A DNA stretch of 64,000 nucleotides from an uncultured Clostridia bacterium (GTDB lineage Bacteria; Bacillota; Clostridia; TANB77; CAG-508): NCBI GenBank assembly GCA_947631785.1, contig CANRMR010000004.1:1638-65637 (forward strand), given 5' to 3'. A program made the translations under genes and the position numbers. Position 1 is the stretch's first letter. Each line of letters begins with the position of its first letter. The notes under the pieces are model-generated. The model saw only the letters and a program-made list of their open reading frames with translations, did no database searches and was not told where the DNA came from. Below, piece by piece: positions 45,317-56,229 of the stretch.

Positions 45317-47257
45317 TTATTGGTTACTATAGTTTATTTTTTCACTTGTTAGCACATCATTACCAGTTCCTTTTGTAATTCTATTCCAATCATCATTACT
45401 TCCATCATAATTTATTTCTTCTAATCCTTTACATCCATTAAAAGCATAATCTTCTATACTTTCTATTGTTTTTGGTATATTTATACTTTTTATTTGTTCG
45501 CATCGAAAAAATGCATATTTAGGTATACTTGTTAGTTTATTAGAAAAATTTAAATTACCCTTTATTTTTAAACATTGATAAAATGCATTAATTCCAATAT
45601 TTGAAACATTGCTTATGTCTATCTCTTCGTCCCAATTACCACAATTTGAAAATGCATAATCTCCTATACTTTCTACTGTTTTTGGTATATTAATGCTTTT
45701 TATTCCTGTTGTATATGCAAACATATAAGATCCTATTTTTGTTATTCCTTCCTCTAATTTTACTGTAATTTCATTTCCTCGAGAATAATACCATGGTAGA
45801 CCTTTATTTGTATTCGAATTATAATCTACTCCTTCTCCTCCATTTCCTTTTGTTAATGTTACTTCCTGTATTCCTGTACAGTTAACAAATCCTGTATCTT
45901 TTAAATCTAATGTTATAGGAAGTGTTATATTAGTTATACCTTTACATTCACTAAATGCATTAACTTTTAATTCTGTTACAGTATCTGGTATTACTAGTTT
46001 ATTTATTTGTTCGCAGCGATAAAATGCATGGCTAGGTATGCTTGTTAGTTTATTAGAAAAATTTAAATTACCCTTTATTTTTAAACATTGATAAAATGCA
46101 TTAATTCCAATATTTGAAACATTGCTTATGTCTATCTCTTCGTCCCAATTACCACAATTTGAAAATGCATAATCTCCTATACTTTCTACTGTTTTTGGTA
46201 TATTAATGCTTTTTATTCCTGTTGTATATGCAAACATATAAGATCCTATTTTTGTTATTCCTTCCTCTAATTTTACTGTAATTTCATTTCCTCGAGAATA
46301 ATACCATGGTAGACCTTTATTTGTATTCGAATTATAATCTACTCCTTCTCCTCCATTTCCTTTTGTTAATGTTACTTCCTGTATTCCTGTACAGTTAACA
46401 AATCCTGTATCTTTTAAATCTAATGTTATAGGAAGTGTTATATTAGTTATACCTTTACATTCACTAAATGCATTAACTTTTAATTCTGTTACAGTATCTG
46501 GTATAATTAATTTATTTATTTGTTCGCAGCGATAAAATGCAGCTGTATCAATTTTTGTTATTCCTTCTTGTATATATAGTTTATTTATATTTGTTATATT
46601 TTGCATAGCATTTGCACTTATTGTACTAACATTTCCATCTTTTAATGTATTTGGAATTACTAATGTTCCTCTATATCCTTCATATTTTATTGTATTATCT
46701 TCTTTATATAAATTATTTATTCCTGTTATTGTTACTATTCCTTCTGTTTCTGTTGTTGTAAAAAATTCTGGTGGCATTTTTTGTAGTTCTTCATCTATTT
46801 CTTTTTGTATTTCTTCTTTTTCGCTTATTTGTTTTTCTGCCTCTCCTTTATATTTTACTTCTAGATTTCCTTGTATTTCAAATTCGTAACCTTTATAGTC
46901 TACTGGTAATATTTTTCCCTCTTCATCAACTTCATATACTACAGCATTTTTATCTTCTTTTTTTAGCCTTATTTCTAAGCTTTCCACATCTTTTATAGTA
47001 GGATTTTTTAATTCGTTTAAAGTTAATTCTTTTTTTAATTTAACATATTCTAGCATTTTATCTTGTATTATTAGCGAAAGTTCTTCTTTTACACTTTCCA
47101 TCATGTATTTATTAGCACCTTGTTTTGATTTGTTAAATATACCATTTTCACCTAATGCTAAATTTAACGTTACCCCTGCTAATATTATTAATATAATTAT
47201 CGTTATAATTAATGCTACTAAAGTTATTCCTGTTTGCTTTAATAAATCTTTTTTCAT
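45317..47257 (-). CDS. leucine-rich-repeat (BspA-like, LRR_5) surface protein with a pilin-like hydrophobic N-terminus and an internal tandem duplication
   Basis: The N-terminus is MKKDLLKQTGITLVALIITIIILIILAG (a prepilin-like segment lacking Glu+5). The body carries repeated AF(Y/F)xC ... I(P/N)xxV LRR units, with a 169-aa segment repeated almost identically. Confidence 0.7.
   Translation of the reverse strand: MKKDLLKQTGITLVALIITIIILIILAGVTLNLALGENGIFNKSKQGANKYMMESVKEELSLIIQDKMLEYVKLKKELTLNELKNPTIKDVESLEIRLKKEDKNAVVYEVDEEGKILPVDYKGYEFEIQGNLEVKYKGEAEKQISEKEEIQKEIDEELQKMPPEFFTTTETEGIVTITGINNLYKEDNTIKYEGYRGTLVIPNTLKDGNVSTISANAMQNITNINKLYIQEGITKIDTAAFYRCEQINKLIIPDTVTELKVNAFSECKGITNITLPITLDLKDTGFVNCTGIQEVTLTKGNGGEGVDYNSNTNKGLPWYYSRGNEITVKLEEGITKIGSYMFAYTTGIKSINIPKTVESIGDYAFSNCGNWDEEIDISNVSNIGINAFYQCLKIKGNLNFSNKLTSIPSHAFYRCEQINKLVIPDTVTELKVNAFSECKGITNITLPITLDLKDTGFVNCTGIQEVTLTKGNGGEGVDYNSNTNKGLPWYYSRGNEITVKLEEGITKIGSYMFAYTTGIKSINIPKTVESIGDYAFSNCGNWDEEIDISNVSNIGINAFYQCLKIKGNLNFSNKLTSIPKYAFFRCEQIKSINIPKTIESIEDYAFNGCKGLEEINYDGSNDDWNRITKGTGNDVLTSEKINYSNQ
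45494..46507. repeat. near-perfect tandem direct repeat of 2 x 507 bp (with a partial third copy) inside the LRR gene
   Basis: Anchor strings (for example GAAAAATTTAAATTACCCTTTATTTTT at 45543 and 46050; TTGTTCGCA at 45494, 46001 and 46520) recur with a 507-bp period. Confidence 0.85.
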
Positions 47258-47337
47258 TTGTTATTCCCCCTTATAATATACTTATATCATACTTATATTA
47301 TTATCTCAAGTTTTTTTACTTTTCATTTAATTTTTTG

Positions 47338-47377
47338 CTAATATAGTATACCCAAAATTAGCAATTGTCAACCCTGC
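47338..47377. repeat. 40-bp direct repeat (one mismatch) of the hrcA promoter sequence at 45134..45173, here without CIRCE and preceded by a 30-bp copy of the hrcA 3' end (47309..47338 matches 44092..44121)
   Basis: GCTAATATAGTATACCCAAAATTAGCAA(A/T)TGTCAACCCTG is present at both locations. TTACTTTTCATTTAATTTTTTGCTAATATA is present at both 44092 and 47309. Confidence 0.85.
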
Positions 47378-47409
47378 ATACTATTTTTAAAGATTATATA
47401 ATTAAACAA

Positions 47410-47457
47410 AAAAAGCACTTAATTTTGGTATATAACCTACTTAAGTGCTTTTATTTT
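47410..47457. terminator. Rho-independent terminator downstream of rny (AAGCACTTAA-loop-TTAAGTGCTT with a T-run on the minus strand)
   Basis: An inverted repeat and a flanking A-run are seen in the sequence. Confidence 0.65.
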
Positions 47458-47473
47458 TAGGAATTATGATAAT

Positions 47474-49018
47474 TTATTTTGCATATTCAATTGCTCTTGA
47501 TTCTCTTATAACATTTACTTTTATTTGTCCTGGATATTCCATTTCATCTTCTACTTTTTTTGCAACATCTCTAGCTAAAATTGTCATTTGAGCATCTGAA
47601 ATTTTATCTGGTTTTACAATAATTCTAACTTCTCTTCCTGCTTGAATTGCAAATGATTTTTCAACTCCTTCAAAAGAATCTGCAATTTTTTCTAATTCTT
47701 CTAGTCTTTTTATGTATGCTTCTAAGGTTTCTCTTCTTGCACCAGGTCGTGAAGCAGATATTGCATCAGCAGCTTGTACAAGTACAGCTTCTAATGTTTG
47801 TGGCTCTACATCTCCATGATGTGCTTCTACAGCATTTATAACTAATTCATTTTCTTTAAATTTCTTTAAAATGTCTACACCTATTTCAACATGTGTTCCT
47901 TCCATGTCATGGTCTAAAGCTTTTCCAATATCATGCAATAATCCTGCTCTTCTTGCTCTTTTTGAATCTAAACCTAATTCATCTGCCATAATTCTAGCCA
48001 AATTTGCAACTTCGATAGAATGATTTAATACGTTTTGACCATAACTTGTTCTATATTTTAATTTTCCAAGTAATCTTACTATTTCTGGATTTAGTCCATT
48101 TACACCTGTTTCTAAGCATGCTCTTTCACCTTCTGCTTTAATAGTTGCAAGTACTTCTTCTTTTGCCTTTTCTACCATTTCTTCTATTTTAGCTGGATGA
48201 ATTCTACCATCATTAATTAATTTTTCCAAAGCAATTTTTGCTATTTCTCTTCTTAAAGGATCAAATCCGGAAATTATAACAGCTTCTGGAGTATCATCTA
48301 TAATTAAATCAATACCTGTTAAATTTTCAATAGCTTTAATGTTTCTTCCTTCTCTTCCAATAATTCTACCTTTCATATCATCATTTGGAAGTGATACTAT
48401 TGATACAGTTGATTCTGAAGTATGATCTGCTGCACATTTTTGTATAGTATAGCTTAATATCTCTCTTGCTTTTTTATCTGCCTCTTCTTTAATTTTTTGT
48501 TCTTTTTCCTTTATAATTACTGCTACATCTTCTGTAATATTTTTTTCCACTTCTTGTAATAAAATATCTTTTGCTTCTTGTTTAGATAATCCTGAAATTT
48601 TTTCCAATTCTTCTAATTGTTTTTGTAATGTTTCTTGTACTTTTTGTTTTTCTACTTCAATATCTTCTACCTTTTTTTCAAGTTCTTTTTCTTTTTTTTC
48701 AAAATTATCTGAACGTTTTTCAAAGTTTTCTTCTTTTTGTATTAATCTTTTTTCTTGTAACTGAATTTCGCCCCTTCTTTCCCTAATCTCTTTGTCTAAT
48801 TCATTTCTAGATTGCATTATTTCCTCTTTTGCTTTAAAAATTTCTTCTTTTTTCTTATTTTCTGCTTCTCTTTTTGCATCTTCTAATAATCTTTTTGCTT
48901 CATTTTCTGCTCCTGCAATTTTGGATTCTGCAATTTTTTTTCTAATAATAACACCTATAGGAATAAAAATTACAGCTGAGATTAGAATTGTGGCGATTAT
49001 GATTAAAATATTCATCAC
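47474..49018 (-). CDS. rny: ribonuclease Y
   Basis: N-terminal TM segment, a coiled coil, a KH domain and an HD domain (HSIEVA ... HDIGK); 514 aa. Confidence 0.95.
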   Translation of the reverse strand: MMNILIIIATILISAVIFIPIGVIIRKKIAESKIAGAENEAKRLLEDAKREAENKKKEEIFKAKEEIMQSRNELDKEIRERRGEIQLQEKRLIQKEENFEKRSDNFEKKEKELEKKVEDIEVEKQKVQETLQKQLEELEKISGLSKQEAKDILLQEVEKNITEDVAVIIKEKEQKIKEEADKKAREILSYTIQKCAADHTSESTVSIVSLPNDDMKGRIIGREGRNIKAIENLTGIDLIIDDTPEAVIISGFDPLRREIAKIALEKLINDGRIHPAKIEEMVEKAKEEVLATIKAEGERACLETGVNGLNPEIVRLLGKLKYRTSYGQNVLNHSIEVANLARIMADELGLDSKRARRAGLLHDIGKALDHDMEGTHVEIGVDILKKFKENELVINAVEAHHGDVEPQTLEAVLVQAADAISASRPGARRETLEAYIKRLEELEKIADSFEGVEKSFAIQAGREVRIIVKPDKISDAQMTILARDVAKKVEDEMEYPGQIKVNVIRESRAIEYAK

Positions 49019-49207
49019 TTCTACCTCTTTTCTATTAAATTTTCAATGTTCAATAATATATATAACTAATTTTTTTTAGAATATATTTTACTTACACTTC
49101 TATTTTATATTTATTATTGTAAACTGTCAAGTATTTTTTGAAATTTCAATAAATTGGATTTATAAAAATAATAATATTTCAAAAAATATTATTAGGAGGA
49201 AAATAAA

Positions 49208-49870
49208 TTGAATCAAATTTTAATAAATCGAAATAGCAATTTAGATATAAATAAAGTAAACAAAAGTAAAAATAGATTTAGATTTCATTTTATTTTTATT
49301 TTATCTATTTTCTTTCTACTTAGTCTTATTATTTATATTTTCTATAATAATAAACAAATTATGCAAAAAAATAATATTTCAAAAAGGATGTTAGATAATT
49401 TTGAAATATCACGACTTTATGGAATGAAAAATTCTACTACAAATAATTCTTCTTTTTTACAATATGATGAAAATTCGGACAATTTCGATATTATTGGAAT
49501 AATAAAAATAGATAATTTAAATTTAAATTATCCAATTTTATCTAATTACTCTAATAATTTACTAAAAATTGCTCCTTGCCGTATTTCTGGTCCTTTTCCA
49601 AATGAGGTAGGAAACTTATGCATAGCAGCTCATAATTATAATAATTCTACTTACTTTAGTAACATTGATTTGCTTAAAATAAATGATAAAATTACCATAT
49701 ATGATTCTAATGGTAACTTTTTAGATTATTATATTTATAAAACATATGAATCTAATTATAATGATTTATCTTGTATGGAAAATACAAATTATCGTGAAAT
49801 TACTTTAATTACTTGTAATAATCTTAACTCTAATAAAAGAATTATAGTAAAAGCAAAAGAAAGATCATAG
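49208..49870 (+). CDS. sortase family transpeptidase (class B-like)
   Basis: TTG start after an AGGAGG RBS, an N-terminal TM segment, and AAHN and ITLITC motifs. Confidence 0.7.
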   Translation: MNQILINRNSNLDINKVNKSKNRFRFHFIFILSIFFLLSLIIYIFYNNKQIMQKNNISKRMLDNFEISRLYGMKNSTTNNSSFLQYDENSDNFDIIGIIKIDNLNLNYPILSNYSNNLLKIAPCRISGPFPNEVGNLCIAAHNYNNSTYFSNIDLLKINDKITIYDSNGNFLDYYIYKTYESNYNDLSCMENTNYREITLITCNNLNSNKRIIVKAKERS

Positions 49871-49896
49871 AATATGACCTTTCTTTCTTTTACTTT

Positions 49897-50256
49897 TTAC
49901 ACATTATAATCTCTTATTTTCTTATATGCATATATTGCAGATACAGCACATACAGCTATAATTGCAAAAATTGCATAATCATTTGCACCTGTTTTTGGTA
50001 AATTTGTTGTATTTGTGTTATTATATCTTGATGTATTGTTTGTTCCTGATATTATATTTGTAGTAGTATTATTAGTTGTGTTATTTCCTACAACATTATT
50101 TGTTGCTGTATTATTAGCAACATTATTTGTCTCTTGTGCTGTATTATTAGAAGGTTGAATAACAATTGGTACATTTGTTGCAAATGCTGTATTCGCACCT
50201 ATAATTACTAACATTATAATGGCAAGTGCAATTAAAATTATTTTTTTCTCTTTCAT
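49897..50256 (-). CDS. small LPXTG cell-wall-anchored protein (119 aa), Asn/Thr-rich
   Basis: A signal peptide, a low-complexity N/T-rich region, then an LPKTG sorting signal, a hydrophobic segment and a KKIRDYNV charged tail. Confidence 0.7.
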   Translation of the reverse strand: MKEKKIILIALAIIMLVIIGANTAFATNVPIVIQPSNNTAQETNNVANNTATNNVVGNNTTNNTTTNIISGTNNTSRYNNTNTTNLPKTGANDYAIFAIIAVCAVSAIYAYKKIRDYNV

Positions 50257-50422
50257 AATTTAAAATCTCCTTTTCTTTTTTATTATTATTTTAACCACTA
50301 CTATTATTTATACTACAATTTTTTAAATTTTGCAATAGTTTTTTTATATTTTTTTATTTTTATTGCTTTTTTATTTAAATCATTGTATAATTTATTCAAA
50401 AATATTGATATTTGGAGTGTTT

Positions 50423-52764
50423 ATGGATACAACTTTTTTGAAAAAATTGGAATTTGAAAAAATTATAAATAACCTTTCTTCTTTTTGTGAAACAAATGTA
50501 GGTAAAAACTGTGCATTATCATTACTTCCTTCTTTTTCTTTTGAAGAAGTAAATTATAGATTAAATGAAACTGACCAAGCTTTTTTTGTTTATCGTAATT
50601 TAGATGATGAACCTCATTTTTTTACATTTTATATTGATATGTATATAAAAAAAATAGAAAGTAGCAATTATTTAAGTTGTAAAGAATTACTAAATATTGC
50701 ACATTTATTAGAAAATGCACGTTTACTTAAAAATATATTTTTTAATAATGTTAATTTTGATGCAAGTATGCTTGATATTTTAGATAAACTTTTTTCTGAT
50801 TTATATAGTAATTTAAACATTGAAAAAGAAATTTTTTCTAAAATTATCGATGAAAATACATTAGACGACAAAGCATCTTCTAATCTTTATTCTATTAGAA
50901 ATGAAAAAAAAGCTATTGAAGTAAAAATTAAAGATACACTATCTAATTTTATACATTCTTCTTCAAAGTATTTGCAAGAACAAGTTATTACAATTCGTAA
51001 TAATCGTTATGTTGTTCCTGTTAAAGAAGAATATAAAAACTTTGTAAAAGGATTTGTACATGATGTTTCGTCTACTGGTTCTACATTATTTATTGAACCA
51101 CTTTCAATTTTTGAAATTAATAATGAATTATCTAGTTTGGAAATTAAAGAGAAAAAAGAAATTGAAAAAATTTTAAAGAATTTATCTTCTTTATTTTTAC
51201 CAATTATAAATGAAATAAAGCAAACAAGTATTAATATTGGTAAATTGGATTTTATTTTTGCTAAGGTTAAGTTTGCTTTAAGTATACATGCTACAAAGCC
51301 AATACTTACCAAGGAAAAAAACTTTACTTTAATAAAAGCAAGACATCCATTAATTGATTCGAAAAAAATAATACCTATTGATATAAATATTGGTAAATCT
51401 TTTCGCACTTTAGTTATTACAGGTCCTAATACTGGTGGAAAAACTGTTACTTTAAAAACTTGTGGTCTTTTACTTTCTATGGCATATTCTGGTTTGTTTA
51501 TACCTGCAGATGAAAAAACTACTATTTGTGTATTTGATTTCATTTTTATTGATATTGGTGATGAACAAAGCATTGATGCTTCACTTAGTACTTTTTCTGC
51601 ACATATGACAAATATTGTTTCTATATTAAAACAAGCAACTGAAAATAGTTTTATTTTAATTGATGAACTTCGGTTCTGGTACTGACCCAGCACAAGGAAG
51701 TAGCTTAGCGCTTAGTATTTTAGAGTATTTTTATAATATAGGTGCTATAACACTTGCTACTACGCATTATCCAGAAATAAAAAATTATTGCTTAATAACC
51801 GATGGTTTTGAAAATGCTTGTGTAGAATTTGATATTAAAACTTTAAGTCCAACATATAAATTACTAATTGGAATACCTGGTCAAAGTAATGCTTTTGAAA
51901 TTAGTAAGTCTCTTGGTCTTATGGATTGCATTTTAGATAGAGCAAATCAATTTTTAAAATCTGATTCTATACAAATTGAAAAATTGCTTAAAAATATTTA
52001 TGATAATAAAAGATTTATTGAACAAGAAAAAAATAGTATTGAAATTAAATCTGAAGAAATAAATAAACAAAAACAATCTTTAGAAAATGAATTAAAAGAA
52101 ATTCAAGAAAAAAAAGAGGCAATTTTAGAAAATGCAAAAAAAGAAGCAAGAGAAATGTTGCTAGATACTAAAGAGGAAATTTCTAATGCTATTCATAAAA
52201 TTAATAATTCTTCTTCTAAGGATTTAAACATAATAAGAAATAATTTAAATAATTCTATTAAAGATACGTATACAATTTCAAAGCCTGAAGAAAAATTAAA
52301 TACAAATTCTATGAAAATAAAAAAGGGAGATACAGTTTATATTACAAATCTTAATCAAAAAGGAATTGTTTTAACAGATCCTAATAAGTCTAATCAAGTA
52401 CAATTACAAGTAGGTCCTGCAAAATTAAATTCAGATATAAAATACTTATCCTTTATATCTTCAAACAGTTCTACTAATGCAAGCTCTACTTTAAAAACTA
52501 CCTTAAAAAAGGATAAAAAATATTCTAATGAAATTAATGTAATTGGTAACAATATAGAAGAAGCAATTTTTTTAGTAGATAAATTTTTAGATGATTGTAT
52601 TTTATCAGGATTAAAAGAAGTTAGAATTGTACATGGAAAGGGAACATTAGCTTTAAAAAATGGTATTCAAAATTTTTTAAAAAAACACCCTCACGTTAAG
52701 TCTTTTAGACTTCGGAACATTTGGTGAAGGTGAAATGGGTGTAACTATTGTTGTTTTAAAATAA
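50423..52764 (+). CDS. mutS2: endonuclease MutS2 (Smr domain), interrupted by two single extra bases at about 51671 and about 52713
   Basis: Walker A (GPNTGGKT), DELGSGTDP (restored after removing one base), and a C-terminal Smr domain whose ending RLGTFGEGEMGVTIVVLK is restored after removing one base. Confidence 0.85.
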
Positions 52765-53454
52765 ACTACAAATAATTACTATAATTTGATAAATAATAAA
52801 TTTAAAAATTGTACTTGAAAATAAGCTAAATTGTGCAAGTGGTATTCCTATTTTGTTTAAACTTGTGTATTCATTTATAATTTCATTTAATTCTTCTTTT
52901 GTACATAAATTATTTTCTTCTATATATTCTTTTGCAAGAAACGGTGCTTTGTGCATCGCTTCTTGTTCTAGCATATCTCTTATATAATACCAAATTCCTC
53001 CTAATAGAAGTAAAATTATAGATACTATACTAGTATTTTTAATAATTTTAAAAATTGTTAGAATGCAAATTAGTAAAAAGTAAATTAAATAAACATTTGA
53101 AAAAATAAAATTGAATAATAATATCCTTCTATTTTGTACAGAATGAACACACTCGTGTGCAATTGTTTGAATTCTAAAGAAATTGTCTTTTATATTGCCA
53201 ATCGAAATTTTATCTGTAATTGCTATATATAAGCTTGTTTTAGTATTCTTATCTTCTTCTATTTTTACTTTTGTATTATTTAATTTTTTTAATATATTTT
53301 TACATATATCTATATTTTCGGGCATATTATTTGATAAATCATTCAATTTAGAATTATTTATTTTTTGTTTTAATTGTTTTGTTTTTATCCCTAATATTAT
53401 TTTTACCAATATTAGTAAAAATGCAGCTATAATAATGGTTATAATTTGTTCCAT
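52756..53454 (-). CDS. hypothetical membrane protein with an HExxH motif (putative metalloprotease-like)
   Basis: An N-terminal TM segment, an HECVH motif, and further TM segments. No confident family assignment. Confidence 0.4.
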   Translation of the reverse strand: MEQIITIIIAAFLLILVKIILGIKTKQLKQKINNSKLNDLSNNMPENIDICKNILKKLNNTKVKIEEDKNTKTSLYIAITDKISIGNIKDNFFRIQTIAHECVHSVQNRRILLFNFIFSNVYLIYFLLICILTIFKIIKNTSIVSIILLLLGGIWYYIRDMLEQEAMHKAPFLAKEYIEENNLCTKEELNEIINEYTSLNKIGIPLAQFSLFSSTIFKFIIYQIIVIICSLF

Positions 53455-53472
53455 CTGGCTTTCACCCTTTAT

Positions 53473-53808
53473 TTATTTTAATACATCTTGTACAGATTCT
53501 CCAATTATTTTATTTACATCTGCAAGAAGTACATTAAATTTTAATTCAAGGTCAAAGTAGTTTTTTACTTTTTCCTCTTTTATTAAATCTAAATAAAGTT
53601 TTTGCATATTTTCTACTTTTTCTTTATCTTGCTTTTCCCCTTTTAAAGAAAATACTTGTATTTCATATCTTAATTTTTCAAATTGTGAAATTTTATCTTT
53701 TAAATTTAGATTTTGGTCTAGTTCTTCTTTTGCTTTTTTAAAATCTAAATATTCTTTAGAATTTTTTAATTCATGAGCTAATTTATTAGCTGTATCATAT
53801 ACGTCCAT
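53473..53808 (-). CDS. UPF0342 (YlbF/YmcA-like) family protein
   Basis: The MDVYDTANKLAHELKNSKEYLDFKKAKEEL pattern is typical of UPF0342. Confidence 0.6.
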   Translation of the reverse strand: MDVYDTANKLAHELKNSKEYLDFKKAKEELDQNLNLKDKISQFEKLRYEIQVFSLKGEKQDKEKVENMQKLYLDLIKEEKVKNYFDLELKFNVLLADVNKIIGESVQDVLK

Positions 53809-53838
53809 TTTTTATCCTTTCTAAATTTATAATTAACT

Positions 53839-55131
53839 TTATGCATATGCCTGACGTTTTCTAAAATGAATTAAATTATTTAGTTCTTTTTCATTATTCT
53901 TTGCTTTTTTAGTTTTTCTTGCTTTTTCTTGTGCAATTTGATTTGCTTGTCTTTGTGCCATTGTTTGACATATTGCTTTTTGGTATGTAAAGTGTGTATC
54001 TTGTGCAATTTTAGCCCAATTATATTCATTTTTTACTTTCAATTTTGCATTTTTTACAATTTCACTTGTTAGTCTTTGATCATATAACAAAGATAAAATG
54101 GAATCAGCTATAGAATTACTATTTCCTGTATAACTTTTCATTCCATTTACTCCATGTTCTACAATTTCATTTAAACCTCCAATATCTGATACTACCACTG
54201 GTATACCTGCTAGCATAGCTTCTAATGTTACTATTCCAAATGGTTCATATGTACTTGGAAAAACAGCAACATCAGCACATTTATACATTTTTGCTATTTG
54301 TTTTGAATTTAAATATCCTGTAAAATATACTTTATTTTCGATATTTAAATTTTTAACTTGCTCTCTTAGTTCATCTATCATTCCACCTTTTCCTGCAATT
54401 ATAAGTTTGGCATCATGATATCCTTGCAAAACTTTTGGCATAGCTGCAATTAAGTGTTGTATTCCTTTTTCATATACTAATCTACCAGTAAATAATATAA
54501 TTTTTTCATTATCTAGTGCATATTGTCTTCTAAAGTCATAGTCTTTTTCTATTCCATTAAAATTAGTTAAATTAACTCCATTTGGAACTACATTTATTTT
54601 TTCAAATGGTAGTCCAAATAATCTTTGTAATTCACATTTCATATAGTTACTATTTACTATTACTTCTGTTGATTCATATGTAAGCATCCATTCTGTATCA
54701 TTAATATATCTTTGCACTTCATCATGTATCCCAGAGTTTCTACCACTTTCTGTTGCATGAATTGTTGATACAATTGGAATATCATAGGAATTTTTGATTG
54801 TTTTTGCTGCATATGCAACAAGCCAATCATGTGCATGAATTACATCGAATTTTCCTTCTTTTGACATTATTTCATTTGCTTTTGCAATTAAATTAAAATT
54901 CATTTGCATAATCCAATCTATAAAATTATTTGGATTAATCATAAAATTATCTACACGATAAACATTTACACCTTTGTCATTTTCATAATATGGTAAATTT
55001 CCTTCTCTATATGTTACTACAGTTACATCATGACCATCTTTTATTAATCTTTTAGATAAATCATGAACAACTCTTGCAATACCTCCTACAATTCTTGGTG
55101 GATATTCCCATGTTAGCATAAGTATTCTCAT
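53839..55131 (-). CDS. family 4 glycosyltransferase (GT4)
   Basis: An N-terminal MRILMLTWEYPPRIVGGIARVVHDL motif and a GT-B fold; 430 aa. Confidence 0.75.
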   Translation of the reverse strand: MRILMLTWEYPPRIVGGIARVVHDLSKRLIKDGHDVTVVTYREGNLPYYENDKGVNVYRVDNFMINPNNFIDWIMQMNFNLIAKANEIMSKEGKFDVIHAHDWLVAYAAKTIKNSYDIPIVSTIHATESGRNSGIHDEVQRYINDTEWMLTYESTEVIVNSNYMKCELQRLFGLPFEKINVVPNGVNLTNFNGIEKDYDFRRQYALDNEKIILFTGRLVYEKGIQHLIAAMPKVLQGYHDAKLIIAGKGGMIDELREQVKNLNIENKVYFTGYLNSKQIAKMYKCADVAVFPSTYEPFGIVTLEAMLAGIPVVVSDIGGLNEIVEHGVNGMKSYTGNSNSIADSILSLLYDQRLTSEIVKNAKLKVKNEYNWAKIAQDTHFTYQKAICQTMAQRQANQIAQEKARKTKKAKNNEKELNNLIHFRKRQAYA

Positions 55132-55318
55132 TTTACTTAGGCTCCTTTCATTACATTTTCTTTTGTTATTATTATTCGCTCTATTTATTTTATACTAATA
55201 ATTTACAAATGTAAACAAAAAAATGCATTTTTTTTAAAATATTTTCTTAAAAATATTTTGTATATTTTATCTAATAAAAATTTCCTATTATATTAAAAAA
55301 AAATAACCTAAAATTAGG

Positions 55319-56152
55319 TTATTTTATATATAAAGTAGGATCTAAATTTTCATTATCTTTTAATATTTCAAAATGTAAATGTGAATTATCTGCTATCTCA
55401 AATGCTGCAGTGTTACCTACTGTTCCTATTGTTTGTTCTTTTGTTACTTTTTCTCCAACAGTTACAAATTCTGTTGTTAAAAGATTAGAATACCTTGTTT
55501 GAAAACCATTTACATGATCAATTGTTATTGTTATACCATACCTTGGATCATTTTTTATAGATGTTACTGTTCCTTCTTCTGCGGCTTTTACAACACTTGC
55601 TTTTTCTGATTCAATATCTATTCCATTATGTGTTACCCATTCTTTTAATGTATCTGAATAAACAAGGTTTTCTTTTGCATATTCTTTAATAATTTCGCCT
55701 GAAACTGGCATAATAAATTCTGGATCATGTACAACTTCTTCTTTTGCAATTACTTCTTGTACTTTATTTTCGTTTTCACCTGTAGTATTTGTTTTTTCAT
55801 TTTGCGTATTAGTAGAATTTGTTGAATTTGTAGAACTTTCTATTGTATTTTCTACTACATCATTTTCTACATTAGTTTCTATTATATTTTCATTTAATGT
55901 ATTTTGGCTTTCGTCTACTGTTTTTCCAATAGCCATACTTGCTTCTTCTAAAATTTCATTTTTAGTTTTGTTTTCAGCATTTTTTGCAATACTTAAAGTA
56001 TCAAAATCAGATGAGTTGTCCTTTAAACTATTATAGTAGGATACAAAAATTGCAATAAAAGCAATTAATGCTACTGTTAAAATAATACCAGATACATATA
56101 AAACTTTTTTAAAATCGTCCTTTTCTTTTATTCTTTGATCTCTTCTCATCAT
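55319..56152 (-). CDS. M23/LytM-domain membrane protein, SpoIIQ-like (adjacent to spoIID)
   Basis: N-terminal TM segment, a low-complexity region, and a C-terminal LytM domain with intact HxxxD ... HLHFE residues. spoIID-spoIIQ adjacency is known in clostridia. Confidence 0.55.
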   Translation of the reverse strand: MMRRDQRIKEKDDFKKVLYVSGIILTVALIAFIAIFVSYYNSLKDNSSDFDTLSIAKNAENKTKNEILEEASMAIGKTVDESQNTLNENIIETNVENDVVENTIESSTNSTNSTNTQNEKTNTTGENENKVQEVIAKEEVVHDPEFIMPVSGEIIKEYAKENLVYSDTLKEWVTHNGIDIESEKASVVKAAEEGTVTSIKNDPRYGITITIDHVNGFQTRYSNLLTTEFVTVGEKVTKEQTIGTVGNTAAFEIADNSHLHFEILKDNENLDPTLYIK

Positions 56153-56229
56153 TTTCCTCCTTGATTTTTTCTTTAGTTAAATTATTTACTTTTTTTCAAA
56201 ATTTATACAATTTTTTATATTATTTATAT

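Noticed and set aside
45494-46550. The regularly spaced 507-bp repeats, as a possible CRISPR array
   Set aside because: The repeats are coding, are 507 bp long, and have no short repeat-spacer structure and no cas genes. They are an intragenic tandem duplication.
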